Assembly (NCBI GenBank): GCA_964016885.1
Contig: OZ024751.1
Span: 22,072,001-22,136,000 of the forward strand
From: Eledone cirrhosa
Taxonomy: Eukaryota
Length of the DNA: 64,000 nt
Reading direction: 5' to 3'
Position 1 is the stretch's first letter. Each line of letters starts with the position of its first letter. A program made the translations under genes and the position numbers. Shown piece after piece: positions 56,751-64,000 of this stretch. The notes under the pieces are model-generated. The model ran no database searches. It had not been told where the DNA came from and saw only the letters and a program-made list of their open reading frames with translations.

Positions 56751-58211
56751 TCTGGAAGATTCTACAGATCAAGGATTCACTTATCACTAGTTTTACTATT
56801 AATTCTGAAACTAGTGCGGTGGACTAGCAATATCGGTAGTACTTTGTGGCATATAGTTACCGCTCTTTACGTTCTGAGTTCAAATCCCACCTAGGTTAGC
56901 TGTGCTTTTCATCCTTACGGGGGTTAATAAAATAAAATACCAGTAACGCACTTGTGTCGATTTAATTGATTTTCCACATCCCCGTCACCCTTACTAGGGT
57001 CGGTAATATAAAGTACCAGTAACGAACTGGAGTCGGTAGTATAAAGTACCAGTAACGAACAGGGGTCGATTTAACCGACTTCCCGCCTCTTCATATTGAT
57101 GTCCTTGTGCCCAAAGTAAAAACTAATAGAAATAACCTGTTTGTTTTTCTACACCATTAATTATCATTTAAACCCACAGAAAATATTCTATTTTACTAAA
57201 ACAGATACACCAAAAACACGAAATAATTCAATTAGAAGTATTCAGATTTTGTATTAGATCAAACCTTATTTTATTTTAAACACTTCTACATTGACCTGTT
57301 TACCATTATGTTTGGGAAAAAAAAATCAGTTTCAGTTTTCTGCCCTTATATTTGATACTCCGTGTTAGAAATAGAATATATAATTTATAGGTTTACGCGA
57401 AAACACGTGTAATCGACATAGGGATGAAAGCTAATGTAACATTATGAAGTATGATATTAGAGAACATCTGGTGTTGGTACTAACCACAATCAAACTCCAT
57501 CAAGCTCCTCCAATAAAATGCTGCATGCAATCAGAATGATATTTACATTTTTAAAAATTTAAATTTAATTAATGGGCAAAATAACGAACCGTTAAATAGG
57601 TATCAATCAACATTTGTGCTGATTTCAAAATCAATGATTAATCATTCAACCAATAGGGAATTGGTAATATTGATACCTGATCATCTGCTAAATATGTAGA
57701 AGGCCAAAAACCCAGCGATAAATAAATGCTTTCCTAAAAGCGTTTTGCGATGGAATGGTTTTCTTCAAATGCAGAGATCAAAGCTAACTAAATATAACAC
57801 CTCCCTTCTAAAGAATAATTTTGTTCCATCAACTTCTTACCATTTTTATTAAAAACGTTGGTAGATGGAACCATACTTGCTTACTTTTTTTGGTTATATA
57901 TTTTCATTCGTTGTCTTTACATGCTTTGAGTTAATGGAATTACTATTAACAATTATATATATATTTGTTATTGTTTTTTGTCTTATATAGATTAAAGAGA
58001 CTCGCTTATAAAACAGATCTAGATTTCTATCCTTCAGCTTTCATGATTAATACAGGAAACCACAAATAAGTTCAGATTGGAAAATATATTAATATAAATG
58101 CTCTCTATAAATTAAATCACACCCTTCTAGTGTTTTCTATTACAAAATAGACACGTTCGTTCAGACAAAGCGAATGTCGTCTTTATATGGTTTGCATGCG
58201 TTTGTGTTCAC

Positions 58212-58258
<47 letters not shown>

Positions 58259-58280
58259 TATGTACACACATATATATATA

Positions 58281-58350
<70 letters not shown>

Positions 58351-59065
58351 TGTGTCAGAATGTATACACACTTTAACAGCATTCTAATCAAAATGTGTAT
58401 ACATTTTTTGGGACACTCTATATACATATATATATATATGTGCACACACACATACACATATCTATATGAGTGTGTATTTTGTAAAATCTATCACTCACTC
58501 CACTGACCGTTTCGATCGATGTCCCCCTTTGATTTTACGGAATCTGTTTGTTACAATCAATCAATTTTGAAACGAAATTTTTTCTTCTCTTGGAAAAAAA
58601 AAAGTAATAATAAAAATACAAAACTTAAGCTTATTAAATATTTATTTACAAACAGAAAACAAAACAGTCTAAAATATATATAAATAAATAAGGAATGGAT
58701 AAGATAGAAGATACATTGTGGTAGATATAGGGTATATGAAGGTATTTTAAGGGTCGATTAATTAGAAATGGGCGGGGTAGGGATAGTAGTTGGAATGAAA
58801 GACTGAACAAGCAATGAATAAACGATGTGGAACACTGAAGAGATTCAGGTTATAAGAACATGGATTACCTTTTAAATGTTTGGCGTTGTTAAAACCTAAA
58901 CATTTCCACTTTTTACCATTTCAGTTCTGAGTTCAAATCGCGCCAAGGTTAACTTTACCTTTCGTCCTTTCGAGGTCAATAAAATAAAGTACCAGTTAAG
59001 TAGTTGTCCTTCCCTCTCTCTCACCTCCGAAATGCTGGCCTTGTGCCTAAATTACAAACCACTGT

Positions 59066-59805
59066 TCAACCAACCAACCAACCAACCAACCAACCAACCA
59101 ACCAACCAACCATCCAACCATCCATCCAGCCAGCTATCTATCCATCCAATAAACCAACCAACCATCCAACCAGCCTGCCAGCCATCTATCCATCCAATAA
59201 ACCAACCAACCAACCAGCCAACCAGCCAACCAGCCAGCCATCTATCCATCCAATAAACCAACCAACCAGCCAACCAGCCAACCAGCCAGCCATCTATCCA
59301 TCCAATAAACCAACCAGCCACCCAACCAGCCAGCCAGCCAGCCATCTATCCATCCAATAAACCAACCAACCAACCAGCCAACCAGCCAACCAGCCAGCCA
59401 GCCATCTATCCATCCAATAAACCAACCAACCAACCAGCCAACCAGCCAACCAGCCAACCAGCCAGCCATCTATCCATCCAATAAACCAACCAACCAACCA
59501 GCCAACCAGCCAACCAGCCAGCCATCTATCCATCCAATAAACCAACCAACCAACCAGCCAACCAGCCAACCAGCCAGCCATCTATCCATCCAATAAACCA
59601 ACCAGCCACCCAACCAGCCAGCCAGCCAGCCATCTATCCATCCAATAAACCAACCAGCCACCCAACCAGCCAGCCAGCCAGCCATCTATCCATCCAATAA
59701 ACCAACCAACCAGCCAGCCAACTATCCATCTAGCCAACCATCCAACTAACTATACATCCAATCAATCAACTATCCATCAAACCAACCATCCAACCAATCA
59801 ATCAG
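59066..59805. repeat. (CCAA/CCAG)n minisatellite with a recurring atctatccatccaataaa
   Basis: Direct inspection; period ~48-64 bp. Confidence 0.92.
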
Positions 59806-59886
59806 CTATTTAACCATACAGTTCCCCACACACATGCCGAAGAATCAACAATAGAAGGAGGTGGGTATTAATTATACCCTCTTAAG

Positions 59887-60076
59887 GGCGGTGGATTGGC
59901 AGTATCGGTAGAGGGTCGGACGCCATGCTTTGACGCATAGAGTTACGGCCCTTGCCATTCTGAGTTCAAATCCCGCCGAGGTTAACTTTGCCTTTCATCC
60001 TTATGGGGTCGATAAAATAAAGTACCAGTAATACACTGGGTAAATTACTGGCCTTGTGCCAAAAGTAGAAACAATT
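59887..60076 (+). mobile_element. Full-length tRNA-derived SINE (reference copy of the main family; central domain resembles the Meta domain)
   Basis: A box TGGCAGTATCGG and B box GTTCAAATCC; 17-bp TSD aattatac(c/a)ctcttaag at 59870-59886/60077-60093. Confidence 0.93.
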
Positions 60077-60248
60077 AATTATACACTCTTAAGAGTATAT
60101 TACTAAATCCGCAACCCACGCTGGGTTAGTGATACTCAAGTATATACATAGATTCTTTCGAAATTATTATTTGTTTTAGAAATATTTTATCATCTCTGGA
60201 TTAAGTTTATCAATTTTCTTTTCATAAATTAATTACTCACAAAATCTG

Positions 60249-60620
<372 letters not shown>

Positions 60621-61594
60621 AGCTATTCTTTATAATGAATGGAAATACGATAGCTTTGTTATGGACTCAACATGGCCGAGTGGCTTCTTAGTCGATAGCA
60701 TAGGAAAAATCTGTAGTAGGCATGGCTGAGTGCTTCGTTAGGTCCTGGGTTCGATCTCATTGGATGATACCTTGGGCAAGTGACATTTACCAAAGCCTCG
60801 AGTCGACCGAATCGACACAAGCTTTGTGAGGTGAAATTGGGGTAGACGGAAACTGTTTGGAAACCCGTCGAATGGACTTCTCAATTGAAAGGATCAACAT
60901 TGTTTGTCAGACACTTTGACTCGCTGAATCTTCCTGAGAAATCCGTCAAGGGTTACACGTCTCTGGAATGGTCAGGCAGTTTCGTTGCGTTGATGCAACA
61001 TAAAAACAGTTGGAGTTGGATCTATATATATAAAAAAAAAAAAAAAAAATCAAATTCGACAGATTTTAATATCGACCCCTACTCCTTTATAACATATGGG
61101 AGCTACAGACCTCGCGCTAGCTTAATTGGACCTTGCTAGTGTCAAATCAAATCACATATGCTCAAAAGTTTAACTGGAAAATTAAAACAAAACAAAACAA
61201 AACAGAACAATAACAACAACAACAACAACAAAACAATGTAGGGTTAATATTACGATCAATAATGAAATGATTAATAGCCAATCAACTGGGAAAATAGAAA
61301 TGTGGTGACTAACGAAGTCTGCCTGAAAAGATTTACAACATGCCAACATTTTTCTTCGTGTTTATTTTGCACCCCACCCTTCTATTAATGGTTGCCGGCG
61401 TATGACGTCACAACGACTGCCTCCGCTGTCTACAGAAGAGGTTAAAGTTTACACAGTCTATATATTTGTGCACATCTAAAAAAAAATCTCCGTAGGCATA
61501 TTGAATGTTCATTAAAACGTCCAGAATAAACATTCAAAAAATACACACATACACAATCACATGCACAGATGCACAACCACATTATATATATATA

Positions 61595-61631
<37 letters not shown>

Positions 61632-61860
61632 GCAGGCCTTCGCTCGAAAATATATAGTCATAAAAATGCATAAACCTATCCGCAGGAATTTAACATAAGT
61701 AACGTTCTCACGCACGAACGTATTGAGAGCTCATGAAGTATCCATACAAATACCACACATTTACACACGTATGTATGTATGTATGTATGTATGTATGTAT
61801 GTATGTATGTATGTATGTATGTATGTATGTATGTATGTATGTATGTATGTATGTATGTAT

Positions 61861-62135
61861 GTGGGACTGGCTTTGTGCAGTGCCTTTGCTCACTATAAAA
61901 GCTTCACGGCACAGGCATTGCTTTATATCTGGAGATCTCTCTGCACTTGTCGTCACATGGTACCATGGGCCCAGCACTATGTGTCAATAATTGTCACAAG
62001 TGTAGTGTTTGTACCAGAGTTTTCAAGTCGCTGGCTGGACTAAAAAGTCACACTCGTTCAGCGCATCGGTAGGGGTTCTCTTACATGGATATAAAGTAGT
62101 GGCCGTACTCGAAAACGAGTTGGCAGTCACCATGT
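61861..62135 (+). mobile_element. Internally deleted RTE-like element retaining the C-terminal C2H2 finger
   Basis: 61992-62072 encodes CHKCSVCTRVFKSLAGLKSHTRSAHR*. It is preceded by the gtgggactggc...gcacaggcattgc motif and followed by the tail shared with 40714 and 25042. Confidence 0.65.
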
Positions 62136-62189
62136 GGAATGAACACCACAAAGCATTCTATCCAACTGCCTCTATACATACATACATAG

Positions 62190-62472
62190 TGGAGACACGT
62201 GGCTTAGTGGTAAGGGTGTTGGACGTACGATCATAATGTCGTAGGTTCGATTCCTGGGTTGCGTGTTATGTTTTTGACCGAAACACTTTATTTCACGTTT
62301 CACGTTGCGCCAGTATTCTCAGCTGGAAAAGAGTACCAGCAATATCTGGATGTTTCAACCTGCGATAGACTAGCGTCATGTCCAGGGAGAAGTCTTATAT
62401 TCTCAGTTGCTTCACGCCATGAAACCGTGATAAGCACCGGCCAAATGATCCTTCTGACTTAAGGCAGACTTT
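62190..62472 (+). mobile_element. tRNA-derived SINE with a V-domain-like centre
   Basis: tggcttagtggt A box, ggttcgattcc B box, cctgcgatagactagcgtcatgtccaggg...gttgcttcacgccatgaaaccg. Confidence 0.65.
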
Positions 62473-63514
62473 AAACTTAGATATATACATATAGATATAC
62501 CTTATAGATCTTCACCATATAATTTACATACAAGGAATCTCTAATATAGACATATGGCCATATATTTTAGAGGGGAGTGGTGTCTATTCTATTGATTTCG
62601 AACAGTTAGAATGACATTTTATGGGGAGAATAAGGCGGTAGATTGGTAATATCGATAGAGCATCGGATAATATGCTTTGCGGCATAGAGTTACGGCTCTT
62701 TACGTTCTGTGTGCAAATCCCACTGAGGTTAGCTTTGCCTTTCACCCTTACGGGGTCGATAAAATATAGTTATTAGTAACCCACTCGGGTCGATTTAAAC
62801 GACTTTCCCTATTCCATTCGAGTTGCTGGCCTTGTGCTGTCAAACACTGTCTGTCTCCCGAAAACTGCGTTAAGGGTACACGTGTCTGTGAAACAATCAG
62901 TCACTTGTTCGGTAGCTTCACGACCAGGCTGGTTCGTTTATCGAACAACTGAATCATTCGATGTTGGAACGAACCAAGGCTACACACACACACACATGCA
63001 TACATATACTTACACATCCACATATACGTGTATAAACATACACACATACATACGCACACATACTTATATAGATATATACCCACACGTACGCATACACAGA
63101 TGTGCAGGAGAAATATTGGTATTTTACAATAGATACACGTAGTTCCTGGCTTTTCCAGGAAATTCTCTGACGTTTATTCTGTTTTTAGTCCATTAATAAC
63201 GTAAATGAAAGAATACTCTTTTATTCTTTCACTGATACCAAGCAATTGGCTGTAGTTTTATTATTTTCGGTAAATAAAACCAGGTCAAGGAATCAGCTTA
63301 GCAGATGATTACCTCTATTCCAACGCGTTCGATATCGATAAAATATACACACATCAATAGCAATTGTATTATTTATATCAATTTACTATTTGATACCTCG
63401 CCAAACTTTATACACTCGGCGTTATTCCATTTGGTTTTGCCGGCCATTAGAATAGAATTCTCATGTTTTGTTTTGTTCATGTAGAAATCTTACGTTGCTT
63501 CAATCTTTCCTATA

Positions 63515-63696
63515 CGAGGGTCGGCTGAAAGGTTTATAGGCTGACCAAGATACTCTCATGGAATGACTAGTTGAGGTTTATTTTTCCGGAAAGTTATTAA
63601 AAGGAAGATTTAAAATTGAAATTAATGCATGCAAGATTTCGCAGCTCTAACGTCACTCCTTCATAGTCAGCCTATAAAATTTTCAGCTGATCCTCA
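63515..63696 (+). mobile_element. Mariner-type MITE with TA target duplication
   Basis: TA-cgagggtcggctgaaaggtttataggctgac ... gtcagcctataaaattttcagctgatcctca-TA. Confidence 0.85.
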
Positions 63697-64000
63697 TATT
63701 TGATTTCGCTTTTATCTGTATGTATGTCCGTCTGTCTTTTTGCCTCTATGCATATATGTGTGTATGTATGTATGTATGTATGTATGTATGTATGTATGTA
63801 TGTATGTATGTATGTATGTATGTATGTATGTATGTATGTCAGGTCACCAATTGGTGCTACTGGTAACATGTATCCCAGTACAACCTGTCTCATGGTCGGG
63901 TCGTTGGCGACTAAACTGGCAACCCCACCAAGGTTTCTTGGTGAGGAGGGTGACTTTGGACATCCTGCAGGACTAAAAGCAAAACCTGTCAAAGGGCAAA

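Noticed and set aside
59887-59980. tRNA genes
   Set aside because: A/B boxes belong to SINE heads with a shared body, tail and TSDs; no full cloverleaf.

Overview
AT-rich, repeat-dominated eukaryotic genomic DNA. The SINE families look like those of octopod cephalopods; this is my recognition, not a database result. Almost all ORFs in the supplied track are microsatellite artefacts. Real coding sequence is limited to four things: a 5'-truncated but uninterrupted Tx1/L1-clade LINE ORF2 (~28086-30507) with decayed relatives, RTE-clade LINE fragments, a C2H2 finger from an RTE 3' end, and one likely host exon encoding a signal peptide (ATG 35811, donor after 35880) downstream of a TATA/CRE-like promoter. 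There are more than 25 tRNA-derived SINE copies, mariner-type MITEs and many micro/minisatellites. The most striking unexplained structure is a set of short (130-570 bp) non-coding elements from at least four unrelated sequence families. They sit in (TA)n tracts, most fold back as inverted repeats, and they carry type I hammerhead ribozyme motifs. These include covarying helices, a recurrent CAGAAGA core variant, and one copy that ends exactly at the predicted cleavage site. The layout matches non-autonomous Penelope-like (pLTR) derivatives. Ribozyme activity and mobility are inferred, not shown.
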